Shown here piece by piece: positions 1-12,354 of a DNA stretch of 64,000 nucleotides. This stretch comes from Octopus sinensis (lineage: Eukaryota): positions 127,100,001 to 127,164,000 of the forward strand of contig NC_043001.1 of the NCBI RefSeq assembly GCF_006345805.1, written 5' to 3'. The first letter of the stretch is position 1, and each line of letters starts with the position of its first letter. The position numbers were made by a program, and so were the translations under genes. The notes under the pieces are model-generated. The model was not told where the DNA came from and did not search any database. It was given only the letters and a program-made list of their open reading frames with translations.

Positions 1-136
1 TCCCAAATCACTTTTCGTTATAGAATTCGGCAGATTCTTTTCAAGTTTAAAAGAGAACGTCTTACTACACTGAATAGAATTAATTTAATTAAATATGTTT
101 ATTTGTGCAACACTTTTCTCTCTTCAGAAATATACC

Positions 137-358
137 TATTTCTTTATTACCCACAAGGGGCTAAACATAGAGGGGACAAACAAGGACAGACTTACGTATT
201 AATTCGATTACATCGACCCCAGTGCGTAACTGGTACTTATTTAATCGACCCCGAAAGGATGAAAGGCAAAGTCGACCTCGGCGGAATTTGAACTCAGAAC
301 GTAGCGGCAGACGAAATACTGCTAAGCATTTCGTCCGGCGTGCTAACGATTCTGCCAG
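137..358 (-). mobile_element. SINE family A
   Basis: Matches copies at 26272-26480(+), 27736-27969(+), 33901-34130(-), 39815-40046(-), 49522-49733(+), 54095-54475(-) and 58640-59330. The central GCCTTTCATCCTTTCGGGGTCGATAAATTAAGTACC resembles the Meta SINE domain as recalled. Confidence 0.85.
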
Positions 359-437
359 AAATATACCGCAAATGAAAACTGCTAACCTCAACTCCACCAA
401 AACCACCAAACCATGACCACAGAGGGAGTCCCTGCAC

Positions 438-602
438 CAGTGGTTTTCAACCAGGGTTCGGCCAGTACAGTCCAGGGGTTCCGCAAGAAGTTACAAAACT
501 GCTAAAATCGGCAGTAATTTTTAATTCTCCTGTGCAGGGGTTCCCCGAGCCAGTGGAATGTTTCCTTGGGGTTCCACTCCAGCAAAAAGTGTGAAAACAC
601 TG
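438..602. mobile_element. hAT-type MITE
   Basis: TIRs CAGTGGTTTTCA / TGAAAACACTG; 8-bp TSD ccctgcac (430-437) / ccctacac (603-610), one mismatch. Confidence 0.8.
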
Positions 603-1017
603 CCCTACACGATCGCTCAGTCTCCTAGAAAGAGCTGTCAAATCTCTGTCAAATCACATCCTGTCATCTTAAAATATACAAGGAGATACTGGATAGTGTA
701 GTCGTAAATGTCTTTAGAGTAGGTATGATTACGATTGGAATACATCGATTACTTGATTAAAGAGATGTTCAATTAAGACTGACCAAGAGCTGAATAACAA
801 AAACAGCAACAACAATAACAACATTGACAAAATAACAGCCAACCGTGACGGTCCGCCTTGCTGTCGGACTTTAACAAGTATGGTGGAAATCTAGCTTTTT
901 GAATATTGAAAACATATTTTCTCATTCAACAAATACACGTATAAATACGCACGTGCGTGCGGGTATTTGTGTGTGTTTGTGTATCTGTTGAATGAGGAAA
1001 ATAGATAGACACACATA

Positions 1018-1410
1018 GGCGCAGGAGTGGCTATGTGGTAAGTAGCTTGCTAACCAACCACATGGTTCCGGGTTCAGTCCCACTGCGTGGCATCTTGGGC
1101 AAGTGTCTTCTGCTATAGCCCCGGGCCGACCAATGCCTTGTGAGTGGATTTGGTAGACGGAAACTGAAAGAAGCCTGTCATATATATATATATGTGTGTA
1201 TGTGTGTGTTTGTGTGTCTGTGTTTGTCCCCCTAGCATTGCTTGACAACCGATGCTGGTGTGTTTACGTCCCCGTCACTTAGCGGTTCGGCAAAAAGGAC
1301 CGATAGAATAAGTACTGGGCTTACAAAGAATAAGTCCCGGGGTTGAGTTGCTCGACTAAAGGCGGTGCTCCAGCATGGCCGCAGTCAAATGACTGAAACA
1401 AGTAAAAGAG
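1018..1410 (+). mobile_element. SINE family B (tRNA-like head, internal TA/TG microsatellite)
   Basis: ggcgcaggagtggctgtgtggtaag head, ggttcagtcc B-box-like, tail aaacaagtaaaagag; more than 12 copies or fragments in the window. Confidence 0.85.
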
Positions 1411-1994
1411 AAAAGAGAAAACATACACGCGTATACATACATATAACTACACACACACTCGTGTAGGTCTGTGCGTATGTGTATGTGCATGTGAGTGTGT
1501 GTGTGTGTGCGTGCGTGCGTGTGTATGTGTTGGTATGTGTGGGTGTGTTTGTGTGCCTGTTAATTGAGGAAAATAGACAGACACACATACACGTATACAT
1601 ACATATGACTACCTAGACACGTGTGGATCTGTGCGTGTACGTTTGCGTATGCGCGTGTATATATGTATGTATGTATTATGTATGTGCGTGCGTGTGTGCG
1701 CGTATGCGTGTGTGTGTGTTCGTGTGCATAGATATACATGTGTAAACAAATATATATATATATGCGTGTGTGTGTGTGTGTGTGTGTGCGTGTGTGTATT
1801 CTTTTGTTCTTTTACTTGTTTCAGTCATTTGACTACGGCCATGCTGGAGCACCGCCCTTAGTCGGACAAATCGACCCCAGGAGTTATTTTCTGTAAGCCT
1901 AGTGCTTATTCTATCGGTCTCTTTGCTGAACCGCTAAGTTACAAGTATGTAAACACTTCAACATCGGTGTTGTCAAGCAATGGTGCGCAGACTA

Positions 1995-2427
1995 ACACAG
2001 ACACACTAATACACACACACACACACACACACACACTAATACACACACACACACACACATAATACACACACACACACACACACACTAATACACACACACA
2101 CACTAATACACACACACACACACACACACTAATACACACACACACACACACACTAATACACACACAACACACACACACTAATACACACACACCACACACA
2201 CATAATACACACACACAACACACACTAATACACACACACACACACACTAATACACACACACACACACACACACATAACACCACACACCACACACACACAC
2301 TAATACACACACACACACACACACACTAATACACCACACACACACACACTAATACACACACACACACACACACTAATACACACACACACACACACACACA
2401 CTAATACACACACACACACACACACTA

Positions 2428-2471
<44 letters not shown>

Positions 2472-2490
2472 GCACACGCACACACACATA
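1995..2490. repeat. (CA)n array punctuated by CTAATA at variable 15-30-nt spacing
   Basis: Directly visible. Confidence 0.95.
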
Positions 2491-2902
2491 CGTTTTTACC
2501 TGTCTCCTGTCAAAGTTCGTTTCTCCAGCTTTCACCACTTCATTTCGTTAATCGTTTAACTGTTTTTTTCTTACTGTCCTGTTTTTCTTTAAACCTCCGC
2601 AAATTCCAAATTTTCTTTAATTTGCTTTGCGAGAACGACTGTTTTAACGAAGACGTGTCTTGTCCCCACTTTCGAAATGCGGAGAAGATAAACATGGGAC
2701 AACTGATGAAGGGATTGTTCTTTATGTTACCTGTCTTGTTCCCTATTTTTTTCTTTCGTCTTTCGAAAAGAAAGTTCGTTTTTCATGTTTTTGTTTTTCC
2801 TGTTCTCGTTTTTCATGTTGTTCACTTTTTTGATGTCCTGTACCCATATATGTATGTGTATATACATATATATGTAGGTATGTACATATATGAATGTATA
2901 TA

Positions 2903-2955
<53 letters not shown>

Positions 2956-2987
2956 TATATATATTATATATATATATATATATATGT

Positions 2988-3338
2988 ATACGACGGGGTT
3001 CTTCCAGTTTTCCGTCTACCAAATCCAGTCACAAGGCTTTGGTCAGCCTAAGGCTATAGTAAAAGACACTTGCCCAAGGTACCACGCAGTGGGACTGAAC
3101 CCAGAACTATGTTGTTCGGAAGAAAGCTTCTTACGACACAGTCACTCTTGAATATATATATATAATATATAGACGCAGGAGTGGGTGTGTGGTAAGTAGC
3201 TTGTTTACTAACCACATGGTTCCGGCTTCAGTCCCACTGCGTGGCACCGTGGGCAAGTGTCTTTTACTATAACTTCGGGTCGACCAAAGCCTTGTGAATG
3301 GATATAGTAGACGGAGTCTGAAAGAAGCCAGTCGTATA
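2988..3338. mobile_element. two divergent SINE B 5' halves
   Basis: Minus copy about 2988-3140 and plus copy about 3172-3338. Confidence 0.75.
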
Positions 3339-3343
3339 TAGAC

Positions 3344-3375
<32 letters not shown>

Positions 3376-3377
<2 letters not shown>

Positions 3378-3919
3378 CAAAAAAACAAGGACGGGTCATT
3401 CGGAGTTTTCTTTCCTCAGTCGAGTTCCAGATTATCTTTTGCAATTTCGGCTAGTTGTACTCGAAACTGCACCAATCTGGCCAGCCCCAAGGAAAAATTA
3501 AGCTAAGTGCACTGATCTTTCTTTCTTGCTTCGACTACCATCCGTGCAACATCTATATTCTTCCCTGAGCCTGTCAAACCTTATGTCCCTGCCGTAAGGC
3601 TTTACTTCCACACACGCTAGCTTAATTTAATTCGTCCTTAGTCGAAAGACACCCGTAGTATTTGTCCTGTTATTTGTATTTTACACCATTTCTCCGTTTT
3701 TTTCGTTCTTGTTTTCGTATACATTCGCTGCTTTCTTCCAAGGAATCTAGTGCTCTTAGCTTAGTTTTTCCTTGGGTCTGGCCAAATTGGAGCAATCTCG
3801 AGTATAACCAACCGAAATTGAAAAAGATAATCTGGAACTCGACTGAGGAAGGAATACTCCGAATGACCCGTCCTTCTTTCGTCTGTCTGGATGTTTTGAG
3901 TTCTTGTCCCATTTTTGTA
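3376..3919 (+). mobile_element. non-coding element with about 130-bp imperfect inverted repeats (PLE-derived?)
   Basis: About 3385-3515 is the reverse complement of about 3743-3875; (TA)n flanks; hammerhead-like core at 3835-3903. Confidence 0.6.
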
Positions 3920-4118
3920 TTTTTTATATATAAAAATGTAGCGGCGTACGTTCACTTTGGTCTCTTACATATACATACATACATACATACATATACGTAC
4001 ATACGTACATACATAGGTGTTTTCACTCAATAAACACTTACAACGCCCGGTTTGGGAATTGAAACCACGATCCTACGACCGCGAGTCCGCTGCCCTAACC
4101 ACTGGGCCATTGCGCCAC

Positions 4119-4151
<33 letters not shown>

Positions 4152-4284
4152 ACACAAACACACACACACACGCATATATATATATATACATATATTTACA
4201 TATATATATGTACGTATATATATATATATATGTGTGTGTGTGTATGTATGTTGTATGTATGTATGTATGTATGTATGTATGTAT

Positions 4285-4880
4285 ATGTTCGTGTGTCTGT
4301 GTTTGTCCCCCCAACATCGCTTGACAACCTATGCTGGTGTGTTTATGTCCCCGTAACTTAGTAGTTCGGCTAAAGAGAATAGAATATGTACTGGGCTTAC
4401 AAAAGAATAAGTCCTGGGGTCGATTTTGTTCGACTAAAGTCGGTGCTCCAGCATGGTCGCAGTCAAATCACTGAAACGAATAAAAGAATAAAGGAATATA
4501 TATATTCCTTTTTTTTCAGTCATTTCGCTGCGGCCATGCTGGAGCACCACCTTTTTAATCGAACAAATCGACCCTAGGACTTATTCTTTGTAAGCCTAGT
4601 ACTTATTCTATCGGTTTCTTTTGCCGAAACGCTAAGTTACAGGGACGCAAATAAACCAACGTCGGTTGTCAAGCGATAATGGGGAGACAAACACAGACAT
4701 ACAAACATATACATACACACGCACGACCGTCATTTTTTTCAGTTTCCGTCTACCAAATTCACTCACAAAGCTTTGGTCGACCCGAGGCTATAGAACAAGA
4801 CAATTGTGCAAGGTGCCACTTAGTGGGACCGAACCCGGAATCATGTAGTTGGTAAGCAATCTACTTTCCGCACAGCCACT
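4285..4880. mobile_element. tail-to-tail SINE B pair
   Basis: Plus 3' half 4285-4495 meets minus copy 4505-4880 at the palindrome ggaatatatatattcc. Confidence 0.8.
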
Positions 4881-4900
4881 CCTATATATCCATATATGTA

Positions 4901-4940
<40 letters not shown>

Positions 4941-4945
<5 letters not shown>

Positions 4946-5630
4946 TAAGAACTTTCCGGTCCAGAGAACAAGGTGTCATCATACCACTTTTTTCCTCCTT
5001 TGTACGGCCACACCTTGAATACTGCTGCCCACTGTGGTCTCCTCACACAAGACAAAACATCTCCAGAATTGAGTCACACCAGAGGGCTCTCACTAAACAA
5101 ATTGAAGGCATGGCTGCTCTCGATTATTGGGATCGTCTTAAAACTTGAAACTTTACTCCCTCCAGCGTCGCCGTGAGCGGTACATCATTTGTACGATGTG
5201 GAAAATATACCGCCAACTTTGTCCAAACACCTAAACATTAGCTTCAAGGTCCATCCAAGACTGGACCACGGGCTATACGTCCCCTGCCAAATTCAAGATC
5301 ACAAACATAATGTACACTGCACACTAATTTCTTTTCCTCAACAGGCCTGCCCTATTTAACATTGTCCCGGGAGGAGATCAAAAGAGGAAAAGGATCCCAT
5401 CAACTTTAAACAGAGTCTGGATAGATTCCTTCAAAGAATACCAGATAAGCCACCCATAATTGGATACAACTCACCCAACAAGAACTCACTACTTGAACAA
5501 AACTGGATACAACTCACCCAACAAGAACTCACTACTTGAACAAAACTTGACTTAAACAGGATTCGAATAATCCTATCAGGTGGTGCTATTAAGTTAGACA
5601 TGGCCTGGATCAATCTCTGGTCGAAACATA
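4941..5630 (+). mobile_element. CR1-type LINE, 3' fragment
   Basis: ILRTFRSRE..FVRPHLEYCCPLWSP..QRRRERYII, with an in-frame stop; 43-bp perfect tandem duplication at 5461-5546 in the 3' part. Confidence 0.85.
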
Positions 5631-5765
5631 TCTAAGTTTTATCTAAGTTTTATATATATATATAAATAACGGGAAGCTTTATGAAAATAAACAAAAGACG
5701 AAGGCAGGTGGAGTACAAACAAACAATTGTATTAGTATGGCGCTCAGGAATATAAATAAAACAAG

Positions 5766-5803
5766 TCTTTTACGTTTCGAGCCTACGCTCTTCAACAGAA
5801 AGA
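5766..5803 (-). ncRNA. minimal hammerhead-like motif with CUGUUGA core (copy 1)
   Basis: TCTTT-CTGTTGA-a-GAGC gtag GCTC-GAAA-CG-TA-AAAGA; position 6 is U rather than A. Confidence 0.45.
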
Positions 5804-6024
5804 TACACAGAAAAGAAACACGGAGAGAAACAAGGAGAGAAAAAAAATGCGTGCAGAAGCTACCGATTCAACATGGCGATATATGCACACACACACATAC
5901 ATACATACATATATACATACATACATACATACATACATACATACATACATACATACATACAAACATACATATATGCATAGAGATACATATATGAGCAAAT
6001 ATAGATAGATAGATAGATAGATAG

Positions 6025-6086
<62 letters not shown>

Positions 6087-6658
6087 TGTATTTATCTACG
6101 CGTGTGTGTGCCTGTATGTCCGAAATTTTTTTACTTTTTACTATCGTATTTACTCAGTCTAGAAACGAAAAAGGTTGCTGTATTCGATGATTTAGTTTAG
6201 AAAAGTTATTTCCCTTGTGTGATTTCTTTCTCTTTTCGTTGTCTACTAAGAGTTACCTACCTTGCTGAGAAAACCTGTTGTGAACAGTAGTTTTGATATC
6301 GAGTACATGATATAAAGTACATAATTCATTAAAAAATAAATAAATAAATAAATAAATAAATTTTCAGCTGCCCATACTCAAAGTATGTGTTTTGTTTGTT
6401 CGCAGGTTCACCGCGGTAAAGCACCCGAAGGTCGTCCCCTTCATTGCACATGGTGTTAAAACACCTAAAAGCAGCAGACGGATCCCATTCAGGATTGACG
6501 GATATTTCACCATTTTTATGGTTTATCAACAACACGTACCTGAATCGAAGCAGGGACGGTCCGAATCGCCAATCTATAACTATATATATAAATAGTGTAA
6601 AAACTGTTTATATGTACTTGGGTAGTATAAACTGTTTTCTTAAAGCAGAAAAAAATTT

Positions 6659-7080
6659 AGGCGCAGGAGTGGCTGTGTGGTAAGTAGCTTGTTTACCAAC
6701 CACATGGTTCCGGGTTCAGTCCCACTGCGTGGCACCTTGGGCAAGTGTCTTCTGCTATAGCCTCGGGCCGACCAAAGCCTTGTGAGTGGATTTGGTAGAC
6801 GGAAACTGAAAGAAGCCCGTCAGTATATATGTATATATATATATATGCGCGTGTGTTTGTGTTTGGTGTCTGTGATTGTCTCCCTAGCATTGCTTGACAA
6901 CCGATGCTGTGTGTTTATGTCCCCGTTTCTTAGCGGTTCGGCAAAAGAGACCGGTAGAATAAGTACTGGGCTTACAAAAGAATAAGTCCCGGGGTCGAGT
7001 TGCTCGATTTAAGGCGGTGCTCCAGCATGGCCGCAGTCAAATGACTGAAACAAGTAAAAGAGTAAAGAGTAAAGAGTAAA
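6659..7080 (+). mobile_element. SINE family B, full length
   Basis: Matches the family consensus seen in the window. Confidence 0.85.
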
Positions 7081-7257
7081 CTAACCCAGAGTTTTACGTA
7101 ACTATTCATGAAACAGTTGCGATAATATAGGCTAATAACGAAACATCTCAACATCATTGGAGCCTTTGCAGCAAAATTTTACAATCGAGTAAATCGAGTG
7201 AACTTCAATACGTTACTTAACGAAAACACATAGATTCATAATCATTCATTGAATACT

Positions 7258-7288
<31 letters not shown>

Positions 7289-7559
7289 TCTATTTATTTA
7301 TTTATTTATTTAATGATTTGTGTACTTTATATCGATATCAAAACTGTTGTTCACAACATATCTGATTTGAGAGCACCACCTGATAGTATCGGTTAAGTCA
7401 GTTTTAAGACAAGTTTTGATGCCACAAAACTTGTCTTTAAAATAAGTAGATTTTGGGGATTGATGGTCACCTATTGGGGCCAGTCAGTATCATGTGATTA
7501 GTCCGTTACCTTTGGCTCCTTTCTTTTCTTCTATATGCACTGACTGTGTAGCCACTGTC

Positions 7560-8325
7560 CCGGAAAATATAACAGTAACAGGCATCCTGCGAAAACTACA
7601 GGGGCAATGTCACCGTCACGGTGTGGGACACCAAACACCTAGGCACTGCTCTAAGGAACTATAGGACGGTGACAGGAGTAAAAATCAATTTAGAAAAATC
7701 AGTGGGTTTGTTTGGCACAGTTCACACCGCACTGTACAAGAGCTCCTGCTCTTCTGCTTTATGCAAAGGGGACGGGGTGGGTGTTTCACAGGTCAGGTAC
7801 CGCATTTATTGTCAACACTCAATGGAGGACTGTGCATACTGTGGCCAATGATATGCATACCTGTGTTGAGACTGTGACGTCTCCAACGTTTCCTTCACAT
7901 GAGCAGGTGAGGACGCTGCTTGTAAAATCCGCTTTTTCAGAGATCGTCTCTTCGACTGAACTGCAGTCCTGAATCAAATGTCGACAGATGCAGGGCACCT
8001 GGAATATAATGAGTCATAGAGTGGCCACAGCCTACCATCAGTCGGGTTACCCTGTCGGTGGAAGTGTCACTTTTAACATTGTGTAAATGATAAGTGGCGG
8101 GCAAGAGCAATGACCTTCTTCGAGGAGATCCTGGCTGAGCACTTTCAGACTGGATCTTATGGATAACGTCCAGAAACCTCTGGCTTGGCTGACGTAACAG
8201 AGAGGATTGCCGATTTGAGATAAATTCTTCAGGAATGAAAGTACCATCAGCCGGGCCTGATCGAGATGTCCCAGCATTGCTGAATTGTGAAGCTATCTGC
8301 TATCCGATACAGGTCGGATTAGACT
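7560..8325 (+). mobile_element. Tx1/L1-type LINE remnant (post-RT and zf-RVT-like pieces)
   Basis: GTALRNYRTVTGVKINLEKSVGL and MDNVQKPLAWL..RGLP..DKFFRNESTISRA; frameshifts and deletions. Confidence 0.7.
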
Positions 8326-8348
8326 ATAATTGTGTGTCTGTGTGTGTG

Positions 8349-8383
<35 letters not shown>

Positions 8384-10287
8384 CTTGGGTGGTGGATGTG
8401 TATCTGGTGTGTGTGTGTGTACGTGATTGAAGACTCAGTATTGGCCACAGAGCTCAGTGAAGAACTTAGGTATTTAAGGTGTCTGATGACTTCTAGCCAA
8501 TGCAAATGACATGTAGGAGATATCTTTAATGAAATGCCCCAATAAATTGACTTGATAAATATCGATATTCCGTGTCTCGCCGGCAGTGAATGAAATAGGT
8601 GTAACAATATCTTCTTGTTTGTTTCCATTTCTACTGCTTATGTTTCGAAGGGAGAGTCGTTAGAATTAATCCTTGACCTCATGCTTTCGTTAAATAACGC
8701 TAAGCAACATTTGTTGGGTATCAGTCATTCAGACGAAATGGATTATCAAATGTAAATGATACATATAATTCGTCTAAATCAACACAGGCCAAAAATCTTG
8801 TTGTAAACAAAATCAACAGGTCGGGACACATGCCGTGATAACTGCTTTAATTTCAACAGTAATGTAGAGCCACTCGGTGGTGTTTCTGAACCTAGCGCCA
8901 GGCTACGAGAGATGCGTTCTCACATGATAAATGACAATTCATCCAGAATTCAAATCTTGGTTGTTGATGAATACTGAAATATATTTAATATTCTACAAGT
9001 GGTTGTGCAAGTCATTGTTCCAAAAAACAAGCTATTAAGAACAAATATTAGAAGGATTTTCCAAGCTAAAGATATGTAAGGCTAATGAGGTAGCAGCGAA
9101 TAGGCGAAAATACATCTAATCAAATGTCCTAATAACAACTTACAAGACCCTAACACTCCTGCAGCATATTTCAGCAAAAGCATTGCAAAATTCTTCGCAA
9201 AGCGCTTATGCTAGATAATTATAATCCATGCAAACATCCTGAGTAAGAGTAGGCTCCTAGAAAAGTAAAATTATATTTATACGAAGACTAATTTCAGATT
9301 CAACAAAGCCAATGCAATCATAAGACATCAGAAATTTATTTGAACAGCAATTTGGAGCCACCAAATTCAAAACTTTTATCTCTAAACTAAATCAACTGAA
9401 ACTATTATTCTATGTATTGTAACGCCAAATGTTGAATGGGTTGCTTAAAAGAGAACCTAGATATGTCAGATGTAGCTTCATGATATATAACTCAAATTCT
9501 GTAAAGAGATATTTCATACATACGTATAAAAGTATAGGTACACAAATACATGTGCACATACGTATATATATATGTAGGATGTTTGTATTTAATTCTTTGA
9601 CTTAAAGTTGGTTAATAAGCGACAGACGAGATAAAATATACATAGATTGCATAAGTTATTTCCAAGAAAAGAATGGGAACAAGCGTTAAAATGGAAATTA
9701 TATTCAGGTTTAAGTGCTTTTAAATGATACATGCGCATATGAAGTTACTTCATATTTAAGAGAGAAAACAGTATTATAAAAACAGAAACCAGTAGAAAAT
9801 CAAATAATCGTCTCTAAAATAGGAACAAAACTGAAGCACTGCATTATATAATCGACCGCACATAAATAGAAGCAAAGTTGACCTCAACGGGATTTGAACT
9901 CATAACGTAAGAGGACTAAGTAAAAACCATAAGACAGTTTTTGTCAATTGCTATCGATTCTGATAATCCAAGCAACGTGGTATGGCAATATCAGATGGGG
10001 AGTTGGTAAATAAATTGTGTTGCAGTACTTAATTACAAGTCTATACATTCTGAGTTCAAATCCTGCTTAGATCGATATTATTTCATATCGGTTTCCATAA
10101 AACCATACATGGATCAAGTATTAATCCACTCTAACACCCCCACTTCCATAGATTATGTGGCATAATATACAAAGCTAGGGATCAATATTACATACGAATC
10201 CATATATATATATATAAATGCATCCAGATATGTACATATGTTTACATATATGTATGTGTGGGTGGTACATGTATGTATATATGTACG

Positions 10288-10348
<61 letters not shown>

Positions 10349-10585
10349 TATATATGTATATAATACGTATCTACGTATAATATATTTACATATATGTAAT
10401 ATATGTGTAACATTTATACACACGTACATATATACATAGATACGTACTTATTTATGTATGTATGTATGTATGTATGTATGTATGTATGTATGTACGTACG
10501 TATGTATGTACATATATACGCAGACACGTATTATATACATATATGTATTTATTTTATATACCATTATATATATGTATGCATAAAT

Positions 10586-10661
<76 letters not shown>

Positions 10662-10805
10662 TATTATATAAAGAGAGAGTATGATATCCAGTATGTTATT
10701 TATATGTGCAAACATACATACATACATACATACATACATACATACATACATACATACATAATACATACATACATACATACATACATACATACATACATAC
10801 ATACA

Positions 10806-10837
<32 letters not shown>

Positions 10838-11278
10838 AATGCGTGTGTATTTGGTGTACGTGTGTATACATTGTAGTCTGTAGCTATAAGCGTCATTATC
10901 TGCCTATCTGTCTTGAAGCACCATGCAAATCACACACTTGATCATTACCAAATTTCATATCACAGTTAGATTTTCATGCAACACAGTATGAGACAAAAAA
11001 AGAGAAACTGAAAATTGTAAGAGCAATAGTGAAGTATGCTTGTCATGGAAACAACAATTTCTCATGATAAAATTAGTTTTTTTTTCTTCTTTCTCCTTCA
11101 CTGTTTCTTCAAGTTCTTTCTTTCTTACTCAGACACACACTCACACAACACACACACACTCACACGGTATACACACACGGCATACACATTCACACTTCCC
11201 CACGCATTCCTTTCATCATATATGAAGAAAATATATAATACTCACATGCCCAACCGAAGTGTATATATACATACATGC

Positions 11279-11324
<46 letters not shown>

Positions 11325-11610
11325 TAAGCATACATAAACTTGCAAAAGGTGATGAAGTGCAGATAGCATTGAATTGTTACCCAGAAATTCAGATTCTTGA
11401 AAGTATGTGTTCTTAACTTGCGTCATATAAGAAATTTAGTTCTCTACTTCCAACAATATTAACATCTACTTCTTTTGTTGTTGCACATGTGAGTTATGGA
11501 TGCATATATATATATATATTATATCAAATGTGAGGATAAAATTCTTTTCGAAAAAAATTTTATCAATGGTCAGCATATTAAAAAATACCTTTAACGGTTA
11601 AATTTATAAG

Positions 11611-12093
11611 CAATTCATAAATGAGGGCAAAGGAAAAAAAAAAGTATCTCATTTCTTTTGCCACATGTATCACTGACGAAGAGAGGGCTCTTAGTAGCTA
11701 ACTCTGAAATCGGTCCGATATGGTAATAATGGAATTTTTAGAAATTTCTGTCGACCTTTTTTCAAGTAGCGTGCGTATTGTGAAAAAATTATATGGTTAA
11801 TGGACAATATGTCCAATTTTTCGGCATATTTGGCATTAGAATTTTTTTCCTTTGCCCTCATTTATGAATTATATATATATATTAATGTCCAATTTTTCGG
11901 CATATTTGGCATTAGAATTTTTTTCCTTTGCCCTCATTTATGAATTGTATATATATATTAATGTCCAATTTTTCGGCATATTTGGCATTAGAATTTTTTT
12001 CCTTTGCCCTCATTTATGAATTATATATATATATTAATGTCCAATTTTTCGGCATATTTGGCATTAGAATTTTTTTCTTTGCCCTCATTTATG

Positions 12094-12112
<19 letters not shown>
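11611..12112 (+). mobile_element. hammerhead-bearing element with 30-bp inverted 5' copy and four 76-bp tandem 3' ends
   Basis: caattcataaatgagggcaaaggaaaaaaa at 11611-11640 is the reverse complement of each unit end; units start 11809, 11885, 11961 and 12037; runs into (TA)n. Confidence 0.75.
11668..11720 (+). ncRNA. minimal type I hammerhead ribozyme motif
   Basis: TATCa-CTGACGA-AGAG..CTCT-GAAA-TCGG-TC-cGATA: full core, 4-bp stem II, loopless stem III, GUC triplet, stem I TATC/GATA with an A.C mismatch next to the core. Confidence 0.7.
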
Positions 12113-12144
<32 letters not shown>

Positions 12145-12202
12145 TCCCGGGTTATATTTATAATATACTCATATATAGTAAAATTAATTATTATATAGAA
12201 GG

Positions 12203-12251
12203 AGCTTCTACAGGACTAGAACTGTTTCATTCAAGAGATCTTCAGGAAGCT
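12203..12251 (-). ncRNA. antisense twin hammerhead motif (2-nt deletion in stem II)
   Basis: Reverse complement of the left palindrome arm; same as the plus-strand motif except for two missing nt in stem II. Confidence 0.5.
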
Positions 12252-12298
12252 TCCTGAAGATTTCTCTTGAATGAAACAGTTCTAGTCCTGTAGAAGCT
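12248..12298 (+). ncRNA. type I hammerhead ribozyme motif in the right arm of a palindrome
   Basis: AGCTTC-CTGAAGA-tTTC tctt GAAt-GAAA-CAG ttctagtc CTG-TA-GAAGCT: 6-bp stem I, full core, stem II 3 bp plus U.U, 4-bp stem III, GUA triplet. Confidence 0.68.
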
Positions 12299-12354
12299 CC
12301 TTCTATATAATAAATATATATATATATATATATGCATGTGTATATATAAGTATA

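Noticed and set aside
9130-9260. Minus-strand exon with good acceptor and GTAAGT donor
   Set aside because: Stops in all three frames; could only be UTR or a start exon, with no supporting downstream exon.
11809-12112. Hammerheads in the 76-bp tandem units, or a CRISPR-like array
   Set aside because: No CUGANGA core and G at the cleavage position; units are near-identical with no spacers, and the context is eukaryotic.
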